A DNA stretch of 63,612 nt, the filler included, from Octopus bimaculoides (Eukaryota): NCBI RefSeq assembly GCF_001194135.2. It is 7 parts of 7 records of this genome, joined end to end, with 100 filler letters (N's around TTAATTAATTAA, not from the genome) between each part and the next. Parts side by side here need not be neighbours in the genome. Positions count along the whole stretch, not along the records: positions 1 to 25,552 come from NC_069000.1; positions 25,653 to 39,623 come from NC_068982.1; 5 more parts are not named here. One strand, 5' to 3'. How positions within the stretch are numbered: the stretch's first letter is position 1; every line of letters starts with the position of its first letter. The notes beneath the pieces were generated by a model. The model saw only the letters and a list, made by a program, of their open reading frames with translations. It searched no databases and was not told where the DNA came from. This document shows positions 23,892 through 36,489 of this stretch, one piece after another. The translations under genes and the position numbers were made by a program.

Positions 23892-24933
23892 GTATGTATC
23901 TAAATTTATTCTTAAACATATGTTTGTGCATGTATAAATCATTGACTGAAGAATTATTGTTCTGCAAATGTGATTCAGCCCACTGTTATTTGATCTTTAT
24001 TCTGCAATACTCTAAAGGCTGAGTTGAATTTTTTATAAGTTAGTGAAGGAAGTGGGGAAGTACTCATGACTTTTGCAAGTCTTTTTAGACTTATGACAGT
24101 GATTATTCAACTTGAATATTTGTAGGTCAATGCCTACAGATATATCTTGGGTAGGGAAGAATATTTTAAACAGCTGCAGCCCTGGGTATGAAGAACTAGT
24201 GAAGAAAGTGAAACACAGTAAGAGTACTTAAAGAAGAGAGACAGGTGGGCTTGTTTAGTGAGGGTGTATGGCTAGCCTACTGAAAGGTGTTGAGGCCATT
24301 GTAGCAGTTAAAGAAGAGTCGAAGAATACTGCATTGACAAGTCAGTAGGTGGAGCCAGTTGATGATTGAATCTGGATTTGGTCCAAGAGGTTTGTATATG
24401 AAGCATCAGCACATGGGTGTGTGCAGCTACTCAGCACAGATCGTACTTTAGCGTTGTTGGGAATTAACAAATTAATCTTTGTCATGCTGTTTAGGTAATA
24501 TATGTGTGTGTTCTTGTCTGCAATGAAAGATCATCAAGAATTGTCAGACTGATATTTCTAGGGACTGAGAGATTTAAACTTTTCATTAAAGTCTCCTGTA
24601 CTCATACCTCTGTAAGTGGGGTGGTACTTTTAGTTTTTGTATTGTTTCTTAATAATAGGGAAAAGTTCATTTGAAGTTGGATTTTTTCTGGATATACCAA
24701 TAGAGCAATATAATGTTTATCTCTATTGTTGTTTCTGGTTTGTTTGTTTTTTTTGTTTTTTGTTTTTCCTTCTCAGAAGCCAAACTGAACCACATCTTTG
24801 ATTCACTGAGGTTTTATAAACAATTATAAATTAAGTTTAAAATTATATTTTTCTTAACAAAGTTGTTTTCCTTGGCTAGAAAAAAGATCTACCTTTTTGT
24901 TTGTCACTAAACTAATCTCTTCTTTGATTTCAG

Positions 24934-24945
24934 ATGAAGAAGTGA
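24934..24945 (+). CDS. NDUFAF8: NDUFAF8-like, exon 3 (MKK-stop); total 59 aa
   Basis: Branch-like ACTAAT, acceptor ttctttgatttcag, ATG AAG AAG TGA; AATAAA at 24990-24995. Confidence 0.75.
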   Translation: MKK

Positions 24946-25244
24946 TATAGTTACTGTGAAGTTCAACATATAAGAAACATAGATCATGCAATAAACTGTA
25001 ATATAAAATGACACATTATTGTTTTGTTGTTTAACCTAAGGTTATTTCTGACTGGTGTAGCCATCCTGATTTTCTTTTTTTTTCTCTTTTTTTTTTTTCT
25101 GCATATCCATGACTACATTGTTCAACATACACTTTCATTTTTAACAAGTTATTTGTAGTGTTGTTTTTGATAATTAATACATAAGAAACAGACTTACATT
25201 TATTAACTGTTTATATTTTAATATAAATCAAACAGGCCCACACC

Positions 25245-25552
25245 CCCAACACCCATACTGTTAGGATTGGCACTCTCAACGTCGGCACGCTGAAAGGTAG
25301 ATCTGGTGAAATTGTTGAGATGTTTGAACGGAGACGCGTAGATATGTGCTGCATCCAGGAAGTAAGATGGTGAGGAGGTTCTGCGAGGTTCCTCACAGGC
25401 AAAGAACACAGGTACAAGATTTTCTGGGCAGGGAACACTGACAGGGTCGGGGGCGTAGGAATACTTCTAGCAGAGAAATGGGTGGATAAGGTAATCGAGG
25501 TCGTTAGAGTAAGTGACAGAGTACTTAAGATCAGACTAGTGCTTCATCATAG
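25245..25552 (+). mobile_element. RTE LINE 5' fragment (AP endonuclease N-terminus)
   Basis: Hand translation VRIGTLNVGTLKGRSGEIVEMFERRRVDMCCIQEVRW*...GVGILLAEKWVDKVIEVVRVSDRVLKIRL. Confidence 0.82.
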
Positions 25553-25596
25553 NNNNNNNNNNNNNNNNNNNNNNNNNNNNNNNNNNNNNNNNNNNN

Positions 25597-25608
25597 TTAA
25601 TTAATTAA
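25597..25608. other. Artificial scaffold-join linker TTAATTAATTAA within N44...N44 (also 39668, 54638, 59224, 60607, 61850)
   Basis: Identical 12-mer with stops in all six frames, centred in 100-bp gap blocks six times. Confidence 0.95.
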
Positions 25609-25652
25609 NNNNNNNNNNNNNNNNNNNNNNNNNNNNNNNNNNNNNNNNNNNN

Positions 25653-26615
25653 TATGGTGGGAGTTCTTTGATTTCTTGTTCGTTTGTGTGGAACAAGATT
25701 TGTATGCTTTTTCTGGTCCAATTGCTCTCTCCAACGTTTATTTTAAGTATGTTAATGTTGTCCATATCAACACATATGGCCGATATCAACCATAGTGTGT
25801 CGATTGTTGGAGGTGCGTGCTTTATTGTTACCTTTGTTACCTTTTGGCCAAGGTAACTGGATAACATTGTTATTTCAGGTGTGTGAAGAGTTAGCGTTGA
25901 ATACGTCTTCGCCAACTCTTCATTTCGAAAAATCACCTGAACTTGTGCAAACCTATAATAAGTGATATAGGATTTTTTGTCCCAAATAGATCTCAAGCAT
26001 CTTTCAATCTTGTCTATACTGGCCTGTTCCGCCCTTCTACTCTTTGTGTTTATTATTTTATAAATTATTGTTTTCCTATTTGCCTCCTCTAATACGTGTT
26101 GTGGTATATTCAAATGTACTTCACCGCTTTCTTTGGTAATCAACTTCCTCGTTTCTATAATTTCCTTTGTCGTGTAGGACACAACAGTTTCACTTTGCTT
26201 CAAAGCTTCAGCAAAGTTTTTGTTTTTGTTATTGTTGTTATTGCTGTTGCTGGTGCTGGCACTGATATTGGTGGCAAATGTGGTATTTGTGTCAGTGGTG
26301 TTGTGGCTTTTTCCTTCCTCTCTTTCGCTTGCTGCTGGTGAAGAGAGCAAAGGTTGAGTTGAACTGCTGCTGTTGTTGTTGTTGTTGTCGTTGTTGTTGT
26401 TGTTGGTGGTGGTAATGATGTCGACACCAGAATTGGTGCTGACGTCAGATTCTTTGGAGACATTGCCTATGCTCTGTTTTGTAACCTTGGTTACAGTTTT
26501 GATTTTGTTGTTGTTGTTGGTGGTGGTGGCGGTGTTAACACTTGAATTTGTGTGTGTAAATTCTTTTTTTCTTTTTCTCTATTCTCTCGTTTAACTGTGA
26601 GGAAGGAAGACTAGG
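25653..26615 (-). mobile_element. LINE (L1/Tx1-like) 5' region and ORF1
   Basis: ORF 25601-26350 contains YLGQKVTKVTIKHAPPTIDTLWLISA, homologous to ORF1 motif YMGMRTVKIRIPKVPPQVDPMWLMAA at 38348-39403. Confidence 0.65.
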
Positions 26616-28414
26616 AAATTCTTTTTCGAACGAAACGCTGCAAAATGCAGCGTTCGTTTCACGAACATTTTCATGGCTACAAGACGCCATCGTCTCAAAA
26701 AAAATGGCTAGAAAGCCGAAATTGATTTTTATATCCTGGAAATGTGCCACACAGGGCAGATTTCCGTCGCAAAAAACTTGCACCAGAGAGTCTACAAGTT
26801 GTTATACAACTTTGTATANNNNNNNNNNNNNNNNNNNNNNNNNNNNNNNNNNNNNNNNNNNNNNNNNNNNNNNNNNNNNNNNNNNNNNNNNNNNNNNNNN
26901 NNNNNNNNNNNNNNNNNNNNNNNNNNNNNNNNNNNNNNNNNNNNNNNNNNNNNNNNNNNNNNNNNNNNNNNNNNNNNNNNNNNNNNNNNNNNNNNNNNNN
27001 NNNNNNNNNNNNNNNNNNNNNNNNNNNNNNNNNNNNNNNNNNNNNNNNNNNNNNNNNNNNNNNNNNNNNNNNNNNNNNNNNNNNNNNNNNNNNNNNNNNN
27101 NNNNNNNNNNNNNNNNNNNNNNNNNNNNNNNNNNNNNNNNNNNNNNNNNNNNNNNNNNNNNNNNNNNNNNNNNNNNNNNNNNNNNNNNNNNNNNNNNNNN
27201 NNNNNNNNNNNNNNNNNNNNNNNNNNNNNNNNNNNNNNNNNNNNNNNNNNNNNNNNNNNNNNNNNNNNNNNNNNNNNNNNNNNNNNNNNNNNNNNNNNNN
27301 NNNNNNNNNNNNNNNNNNNNNNNNNNNNNNNNNNNNNNNNNNNNNNNNNNNNNNNNNNNNNNNNNNNNNNNNNNNNNNNNNNNNNNNNNNNNNNNNNNNN
27401 NNNNNNNNNNNNNNNNNNNNNNNNNNNNNNNNNNNNNNNNNNNNNNNNNNNNNNNNNNNNNNNNNNNNNNNNNNNNNNNNNNNNNNNNNNNNNNNNNNNN
27501 NNNNNNNNNNNNNNNNNNNNNNNNNNNNNNNNNNNNNNNNNNNNNNNNNNNNNNNNNNNNNNNNNNNNNNNNNNNNNNNNNNNNNNNNNNNNNNNNNNNN
27601 NNNNNNNNNNNNNNNNNNNNNNNNNNNNNNNNNNNNNNNNNNNNNNNNNNNATATATATATATATATATATATATAATGATGATTCCAATTCCGTGAGGC
27701 AAGGCCTGCAGGCAATCATAACAGTTAAGTGGACCTGAAAATTTCGTTAGTTTGCACATTAAGCAAGTACAGAGATATACATACATACATAAATACATGC
27801 ATACTCATACATACATGCATACATACACACGTACACGCATATTTGTACGAATGTACGTATATGTATACAAATATACATCCATTTAGACATACTTAATATA
27901 TAAGCATATATATATGAAGGAGAAATATATGTTTGTGTGTGTTTGTATGCGCGTGTAATTGTGTGTGTATTTATGTACTTTTGAAAACAGTAATGCTAAC
28001 TTTTAAAGTTCGAATTACAACAGCCAGAACTGGAGTTTATTGCCAGTCTCGTGCCTATTGGCTTTCTATAGACTCGGGTCGACCCACCCAGCGTGAGTAA
28101 AATTTGGTGGGCGAAACCTGTATAGAAATCTATCGGTTGGGGGTGGGTTGTGCCTGCCGCTAAAAGTGTAAAGAAACCTCGTCACACAGGAATTCAGATT
28201 CTTTTTCCGATTAAGAATTAGCTTAAGGCTATATCAGTTTGCGGAATACTCAGCGCCTTGGAAGTTTATTCACTAAATCTAACATTTGAATCATCGACAA
28301 ACGATAAATATTCACCATTTATAGTCGTACATACGAGTGCGTGTTTGTGTGTAAGCATTTGTGTTTACGCACCTACATATTTGCATACACATAGATATAT
28401 ACCGATACATGGAT

Positions 28415-28449
<35 letters not shown>

Positions 28450-28484
28450 CACACACACACACGCACACACACACACACACACGC

Positions 28485-28539
<55 letters not shown>

Positions 28540-29529
28540 TGCATGTATATAGATATTTGTGTGTATGTGTAAATCGTCTAAGAGCCCATATTTCAGGAAA
28601 AAATGAACTCGTATAGAATGGGAATATTATCCCAAACTGTACTGTATTATTATATATCCATTAAGACCGATCTTGCCAGTTGTTTTCGCATTAGGGATTC
28701 AACGGAGTGTTAGGTAACAGTCCGATTATGTAACACTACGCTCATCAGAGGAAGCATTTGTAAATCTCCTAAAATTTTCAATCGTACTACATGTAAGTAT
28801 TCTTTACGGAAATTACGGTGATAATTCTGATCTTACAAAGTTTCTCCATAGACATTGGCATAATCTTTTGTAATATAACATATTCTCGTATAGGGGCATG
28901 TTACCATTGTAGGCTGCTGAATGTACAATGGGCATTTTTGTATTCTAAGCCCACACATTTTTTTTTTTTGTAAATTAGTCATGAAACCTGCATGTGTATC
29001 ATTAAATGTTCTGTCTCCGTGGTTAATTTTTTAATATATTCTCTATCGAATGTTTTGGCACACTTTTACAACATAATAGCTTGAAGATTCATTATTGATT
29101 GTACAAATTGATTATCAGTTATATCGCGTCAAGTAGATTTGGCGTTACAAACCTACATATGCGACTTAAGAGCTTGAGGTTTTGTTAAAATAAATGGTAT
29201 TTAAATCCGCGAATGTAAATGGATATTTTTAGAAGCTCTTCACTGATGGATGTTAAAGTAAAATGCAGCTTCCACATAGATGCATAAATACATAAGGATA
29301 TTTACATGCATTCAAATATATATTTACACATCCTCTGTATATATTGCTCTATAATTATATAAATGCAGACGTCTTTACGTACACATGAACATAAATTCGT
29401 TCAAGCACGCGAGATTTATGATTGCTAACACTAAATGGAAGGACATGCGTTGATGCATACGCTTACATATAGAATATATTTAAATAAACGCATTCACACA
29501 GATGCGCACATAGACATAAACACACATAG

Positions 29530-29566
<37 letters not shown>

Positions 29567-29836
29567 ACGCCCAGAAAAGGGTAACGAAACGGGAAGAAGA
29601 AGAAGAAGAAGAAGAAGAAGAAGAAGAAGAAGAAGATATAGTGATAGTTTGTGTAGCATTCAATTACGCTAAATTTTTAAAGCAAGCAGACAGTCGTGTT
29701 GCGTGTGTCGTATAAATGCATAGCAACCTGCATACAAGATGTTATATGAATAAGTAAATAATTGAAAGAGTCAAAGTAGTATATACATGACAAGCGACAT
29801 ATTTATATACACATACATACACTCATATTTATCATT

Positions 29837-29872
<36 letters not shown>

Positions 29873-29939
29873 GTACCTATAAATTGATGCATATACATAC
29901 ACACGAGTAAATACCTACTTATGTATTGAACAATCGTAG

Positions 29940-30110
29940 GTGCAGGCGTGTCTGTGTGGTAAGAAGCTTGCTTCCCAACCACATGGTTCTAAGTTCAGTT
30001 CCACTGATTGGCACCTTGCACAGGTTGTCTTAACTCTAGCCTCGGGCCGACAAAGGTCTTGTGAGTGGATTTGGTAGACGAAAACTGAAAGAAGCCTGTC
30101 GTATATACAT
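29940..30110 (+). mobile_element. tRNA-headed SINE (family B)
   Basis: GGCGTGTCTGTGTGGTAAG A-box-like, AGTTCAGTTCC B-box-like, then GGCACCTTG...GTGAGTGGATTTGGTAGACG; copies at 57470-57590 (-), 58700-58740 (+), 60130-60285 (-). Confidence 0.78.
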
Positions 30111-30129
30111 CTAACTATTCGAACAAGGG

Positions 30130-30415
30130 ATTCTATACATCTATTCGAAAAGGGAATCTAGCACCCCCACTCAGCTGAAAACAATATCTGTCTATTGCGA
30201 TTTCCGGGTTATTTCCCTTCATTATTCTGTGCTGATGAAGGGAAATAACCCGGAAATCGCGGATATTGTTTTTTGAGCTGAATGGAGGTACTAGATTCCC
30301 GTGTTCGATAGTATAAGGACACAAATCGTGTCGTATAGCCAGTTGGAGACGATGTCTCCTGGGGCTAAATTACGGCAACACTCGTCCTAAACCGGGGCTG
30401 CCATGTTCTGTTGGC
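30130..30415 (-). mobile_element. Hammerhead-bearing short element with a ~190-bp fold-back (Penelope-terminus/retrozyme-like)
   Basis: 30310-30415 is homologous to 57250-57345; perfect 26-bp inverted repeat 30197-30222/30235-30260 contains ATGA-AGGG-AAATAA-CCCG-GAAA; outer arms 30152-30189/30261-30300. Confidence 0.65.
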
Positions 30416-30742
30416 CCCAAAAATTTACTACAACAAGATATATATTTAAAAGAAAATGAATTTTAAAATATTTTTGTCTCCTTCGATATCTAAGCTAGTT
30501 CTTCCATGATTTATTTTTGCTCATTAAAAATTAGGTAGAAAATGAGAATGTCATAAAATAACTATCGTAAGACGGCTGTATTTAGGTAAATGCGTAAGAA
30601 AATGGATTAAGGCTAGGTAAATATGTTACATATTTTCATTTACTCTCACGCAAACATCACTATTTGTGGCATATTATTTTGTAGCATCATTAAAGCTTGT
30701 TCTAAATATATTTTTTTCATTGTTCTACATTCTCCGACCTAC

Positions 30743-31075
30743 ACATATTTTTAATACACTCATAATTTTGCAATACCCATGGACCGCAAGCGAAACGAGA
30801 TAGCCATTTTGTAAGTGTCAAATATATCACTTTCATGAAAGCATACAGACCTTAAAATCGATTTTATATTCCCTAGAGATTAATTGACAATAGTCAATTG
30901 CATTCTGAGTTCAAATCCAGGAACTTAGATGATTTTACTGGGGTCCACTCTATTTCTGTTTTTCTTTCTTTTAGTTTGAAAGAGTCATGAGTACTGCTAT
31001 ACTTCCCATCTGTGGAGGCGCAATGGCCCAGTGGTTAGGGCAGCAGACTCACGGTCGTGCGATTGCAGTTTTTAT
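30743..31075. other. Exact duplicate of 31104-31435 across a short gap (assembly overlap)
   Basis: Sequence identical on both sides of the N run, both copies ending at the same base. Confidence 0.85.
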
Positions 31076-31374
31076 NNNNNNNNNNNNNNNNNNNNNNNNN
31101 NNNACATATTTTTAATACACTCATAATTTTGCAATACCCATGGACCGCAAGCGAAACGAGATAGCCATTTTGTAAGTGTCAAATATATCACTTTCATGAA
31201 AGCATACAGACCTTAAAATCGATTTTATATTCCCTAGAGATTAATTGACAATAGTCAATTGCATTCTGAGTTCAAATCCAGGAACTTAGATGATTTTACT
31301 GGGGTCCACTCTATTTCTGTTTTTCTTTCTTTTAGTTTGAAAGAGTCATGAGTACTGCTATACTTCCCATCTGT

Positions 31375-31740
31375 GGAGGCGCAATGGCCCAGTGGTTAGG
31401 GCAGCAGACTCACGGTCGTGCGATTGCAGTTTTTATTCCCAGACCGGATGCTGTGAGTGTTTATTGAGCGAAAACACCTAAAGCTCCACGAGGCTCCGGC
31501 AGGGGATGGTGGCGAACCCTGCTGTACTCTTTCACCACAACTTTCTGTTTCTCTTTCTTCCTGTTTCTGTTGTGCCTGTATTTAAAAGGACCAACCTTGT
31601 CACGCTGAATCTCCCCGAGAACTACGTAAAGGGTTCACATGTCTGTGGAGTGCTCAGCCACTTGCACATTAAATTCACGAGCGGGCCGTTCCGTCGAGCA
31701 AATAAACTGGAACCCTCGTCGTCGTAACCGACGGAGTGCC
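31375..31740 (+). mobile_element. tRNA-headed SINE (family C), near full length
   Basis: GGAGGCGCAATGGCCCAGTGGTTAGGGCAGCAGACTC head with A-box, decayed B-box, CT-rich middle and unique 3' part. Confidence 0.7.
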
Positions 31741-33373
31741 ACTTCCTATCTAACTGATGAGAAAAGAAAAATCGGTTCAGGTGAAGAGATTCTTTTATAT
31801 AAGCAATATTTCGATACTGACTTTGGTCGGATTTGATGCAAAAATGCAGCGAAAAGAAGGCTTCTGTTGTTTTTTTTTTAATTCAGCACTCGCTCATTTC
31901 TGATAGACGAGCCTTTATGGGATCACTCATGTTTAATAGGAGATAAAAACCAAATCTCACTTCGGTCATTCAGTAACAACTTATAAAGAGACACGTTGAA
32001 TAATGAAAAAGCGACCAAAAGTGATATGGTTACGTGTCAAACGCCAGAGATAGTGCATGGTAGACCAAAGTCTAAGAAAAACTATGAGCACCTGCATCGT
32101 TTAAATTAGATGATTATATTTCAAAAAGAGCAGTTTGGGTTTTAGCGAAACCAATAATTAGCCGATTATTAGGGCATTCATGGCAAAGTTCAAAATATAA
32201 ATCATGTAAAATAATTTGTATTGAAAACAAATTCTGCAAACAATTAAGAATAATTAACATAAAACGTGTGTTGCATTCTTTGTAATTAATGCGGTTATTC
32301 ATGAAATATTTGATAAATGAGAATTAATGAGTCTATTTTATGATGATTGTATATTTAGTAAAAATTGCGAAAGCGTTCACTACTTTTAATCTGTGTGTAC
32401 AAGAAAGAGAAATTCGTGAGCAGGTGCTCACACATATTTTTGCACGAGATATCCCCTCTTGTTGTTCAGTCTAAATGTTTATGAAAGTAGTTTAAGTTGT
32501 TAATTACATTTGCTAAGGGCATTGGTTGGGTAATTGGCTAGAAATGATAACAGGCAGGAAAAGAAACTGGGTTATAGTCTCAGATGCCAGGAATGTATCT
32601 TCTGATTTGCAGAGATAGATTTAAATTATTTTCATTTTTAATCTTATCTGAAGGAGCATATGTTATTATTATGTTTTTTAGTAAATTATTGTTTTTACTG
32701 TGTTCCCCACATATGCATTCACTTTAATACTGGAAAGCAATTAGTTGACACATTACGAACCTAAGGTATGATAAATGCATACTAAAAAAATGGAGTGAAA
32801 TAAAACAATAGAACAGCTTCTTTGTAGAAGTTTATATTACACTTCACACCACTCGACAAGCTATTAGTTTTCAATGCCAGAACACTTCCATCTACGTAAT
32901 CGCTCAATATGCTAGAAGTAGTTGACCTATCTTCTTGAATGTATCTCCTACTACGTTTAATTTAGAAAGGAAATGGCATAGTTTAGTCCTTGACATAAGC
33001 CTAAACTTATGGGGTGGTCACAGTTCAGTTCCAAAGTCATAAGTCTGCTTAATCAAGGTTGACTCGGGATCAAGCAAAAAACATGCAGTACACTAGATGA
33101 CACATACACACATTTGCATATATACGAACATTTGTATATACATATTTCATAAAATCTAATTCGTGTGATCAGAAGGAAAATCAACACTGTAGAAGAATTT
33201 ATACAATTTCAAAGGAAAATTTCAGTAAATTCCCAAATGAAACATCAACGCAATAACAACGAAACACATCCTGCAGCAAATTTGGTGAATATTCTCATAC
33301 GTCCTATTTGGATGTGGTAAACGTTTAAAACACGCTGTGGGTTAACTCGGTATTTATCTAAACCAGTCAAGTA

Positions 33374-34050
33374 TCAGGTCATCCCATAAGTTCTGTCCGA
33401 TTTTACTGTTTTTAAAATGGAATGAAATTTAATAGTATTTTAGAATGTCTAATGGAATTAAAAATAATTTTTATGTATTTGTGTACATTTAAATTAAATA
33501 TTATTTTACAGAATAATAGAATTAAAATTTCTTTGATTAAAATCTTTTCTAATATGGAAGTATCCAAAGAGTATTTAAGGCACATAATGCTTTATGAGTA
33601 CAAAAAAAGGAAACTCTGCAGCCGAAGTGGCGTGAAACATCCACTCAGTTTATGGGAAAGAATGCTTGAATGAAAGAACCTGCAGAAGATGGTTTGAACA
33701 ATTCAGAAGTGGAGATTTCAGCCTTGAAGATGAAAATCGAAGAGGACGTCCAGTTGAGTTTGATGATTAGCTTCTTGGGGCATTACTTGAAGAAAATCCT
33801 GCATTATCAGTTGAAGAATTGGCCATAAAGCGTCCTTCAAACCATACAACTGTTCATCATCATCTTCAACAACTTGGAAAGGTTCCTAAACTTGGAAAAT
33901 AGGTGCCTCATGAATTGTCTGAACGATACCGCAAATCTCGAGTTGACATCTGCTCTTCTCTCCATTCTCGCGAACTCATTTCACCCTTTTTGGATAGACT
34001 TGTGACTGGTGACGAAAAATGGATTTTCTATCGAAATGTTAAACGTTGTG
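33374..34050 (+). mobile_element. Mariner transposon relic, 5' TIR plus N-terminal half of transposase
   Basis: TA|TCAGGTCATCCCATAAG TIR; MEVSKEYLRHIMLYE, *VPHELS, VTGDEKW; frameshifted, 3' half missing. Confidence 0.88.
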
Positions 34051-34461
34051 TCTAGAGAAGAAAAGAATAGTTGATGCCCGTGGCTTTACCCTACCTTGCT
34101 AGAATGCCTTTTATCACGCGTCTGTTCAGAGAAGTGTATTTGCCGCTGAAAAGAACAACAACCGCTTTCTTCATATTTTTGCATAAACTAATAATAGTTT
34201 GTAATGTATGGATGAAAGTTATGAGTTATCATTTGGAATCTAGTATATGCTAGGAATCCTGTTAAAAATTTATAGTAATCATTAAACCATGGGAGCAACG
34301 TGTCATAGAAAGTTTTCTTCATGTAAGGGACCTCTGTATTTAACAGCAAGTTTCAATGTATCATGAAAAAGTAAATGAATGTAAGAAGGGTGAAAAGTAA
34401 AGATGGTTTTATTTAAATGTTTAGAAGTTCCCTAATACAACTCTTCTTCCTGTCTTGTATC

Positions 34462-35092
34462 GCATCGGTATGATGCCGAACACCTCGATTCCAAAGAGGT
34501 TTATAGTGGTTTCTAGTTTAAGCACAAGGAAAAACAATTTTGAGGAAAGGCGGCCAGTCGATGCCCTCGATCTTAGCATATCAATGAGACTTTATTTTAT
34601 ATACTCGGTAAAAGGAAGGCAAAGTTGATGTGCGCAGGATTTGAACTTACAAAGTAACAAGTGAGTATCCAGTAACTGTTGAAATATCTAGTCTGTAATC
34701 GGAAAACATCAACTAATTATCAAATATCTGTTTTGAGAGTAATTCCAACGTCAATAATGCAAACAGTAAACTGCATTGGAAGTGTATTTGTCAGTGGTAC
34801 TTCATAAACACATTTTATGTAAAACCATATTGCATTACTGATCCCAATCAGTGGTTTTGTACATTTGTGTGTTTAGCCCCCGGTAGGCAATAAAGAAATT
34901 GGCACTTCATGAAGGTCACTAGTGTATAAAGCATTTTGTTTCAGACCACTCCTAAATATTTGGCACTTCATCTGTATCTAAGGGGTATTCCACTAGAGAG
35001 AATAAACCCATATCTGCTAGCGTATTTTCACAGTATCATGGCCATGCTATACTACATCTTTGAAATCAAGGTGTTCGGCATCATACCGATGC
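34462..35092. mobile_element. Candidate MITE defined by 38-bp inverted ends, with a decayed SINE inside
   Basis: GCATCGGTATGATGCCGAACACCTCGATTCCAAAGAGG (34462-34499) vs reverse complement of 35055-35092: 35/38 identical; no clear TSD. Confidence 0.55.
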
Positions 35093-35869
35093 AACTCTAG
35101 TTACAAGGCAGTAACTAAGGTTACATTGGCTGAAACAATTTGCCGTGTAAACTTATCTTAATTTCTATACATGTGTTACGTATTCATATTACACGAATTC
35201 AGCACATTGTTCTGTTCACATCGAACGAATTACTTTCCAACTGAGTTGCTGAACGCTCAATCATATCAACATTAGATTACAATCTAATTTGGTATCAAGA
35301 CAAATGATGTTGTTTTATATATTTTTACAGCTAAGTTGGTAACTTTCTCAAAATATGTCTTATGTGTCCAATTTATTGTTTTTTCTTTTTCTTTTTTTTT
35401 TTTGCAAATAAAAGTGTAAGATTAAGATGTTTCTTTTGAACCAACGTTTCAACATTGATCATTATTACATTTCGTTCTCGGAGATCTCAAAAACATAATC
35501 TAGTCAAAGCAACAGGGGAGAATTTAAATGCTATCTAGCAGAAGGAAACACACACAAAAATAAATACGAAGAATAATTTGTCTTTGCTACAATAGCAGCT
35601 GTAAACCTTTGACGAATATATCAAAGCTTTTTGAAAAAATTAAAAAGGAAAAGTACCATAATTATCGACGATTTATCGAGTGGCGAAAAGTAGTTAGAAT
35701 AAAATAATTATTTTACATAAAATAGTACAGAATAAAAATAAATTTCTTTACATTTGTGAAACATTGATTCTGAACTTGTTAGATATCGGGGAACCTAACA
35801 AATTAGGTTGTAAACAAGATTAGAAAAATTCGAAAGATTTTAGTCAAATGTTGTGTATTGTTTTTTGCA

Positions 35870-36310
35870 TTTTCGATAATTCGATTACATAGACTCCAGT
35901 GTTCAGCTGGTACTTATTTCATCGGCCCCGATGAAAAGCAAAGTCGATCTCGGTGGAATTTGAATTTAGAACGTAAAAATAGGCCTAAAAAGGCTCCTAA
36001 GCATTTCCCCAGTGTGTTATTGATTCTGCCAGTTCGCCACCTTCGAATAAGGAAATATTTATTTCTTTATTGCCCACAGGGGGCTAAACATAAAAGAGAC
36101 ATACAAGTACAAACAACGGGATTAAATCGATTACATCGATTCCAGTGCGTAACTGGTACTTATTTAATCGACCCCGAAATGATGAAAGGCAAAGTTGACC
36201 TTGGCGGAATTTAAACTCAGAACGTATCGGCAAACGAAATATCAATTTCTTTATTTCCCACCGGGGGCTAAACACAGGAATTGACAGAACAACTGATGGG
36301 ATCAGTAAAT
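35870..36310 (-). mobile_element. Cluster of tandem family-A SINE fragments
   Basis: Repeated CTGGTACTTATTT...AAAGTYGA.CT.GG.GGAATTT.AA blocks and repeated TTTCTTTATT.CCCAC.GGGGCTAAAC tails. Confidence 0.7.
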
Positions 36311-36489
36311 CGGTATGGTTTTACATAAAATGTGACTTTTAAAAATTAAATAACATATATAAAAAAATCGAATGAAATTAACAATACAGAGACAATACAA
36401 ATGAAGCGATGATCAGGCCACGCTCCGACCCCACAAGACCCGATCTATCACTGGTACCTTTTTTTGTTCTTTTTTTTTCTATTCACAGG

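Noticed and set aside
26634-26654. 9-bp hairpin AACGCTGCA-AAA-TGCAGCGTT as a terminator
   Set aside because: Eukaryotic context; a single short stem next to a LINE 5' end with no assignable function
28050-28130. GGGC-GAAA motif resembling a hammerhead
   Set aside because: No CUGANGA; looks like a variant of the family-B SINE body
30743-31435. 332-bp tandem duplication (also 60840-60948)
   Set aside because: Exact copies flanking a short gap: typical unmerged contig overlap
31375-31445. tRNA gene (also heads at 5790-5838 and 29940-30000)
   Set aside because: A/B-box-like motifs only; no cloverleaf, and they continue into multi-copy SINE bodies
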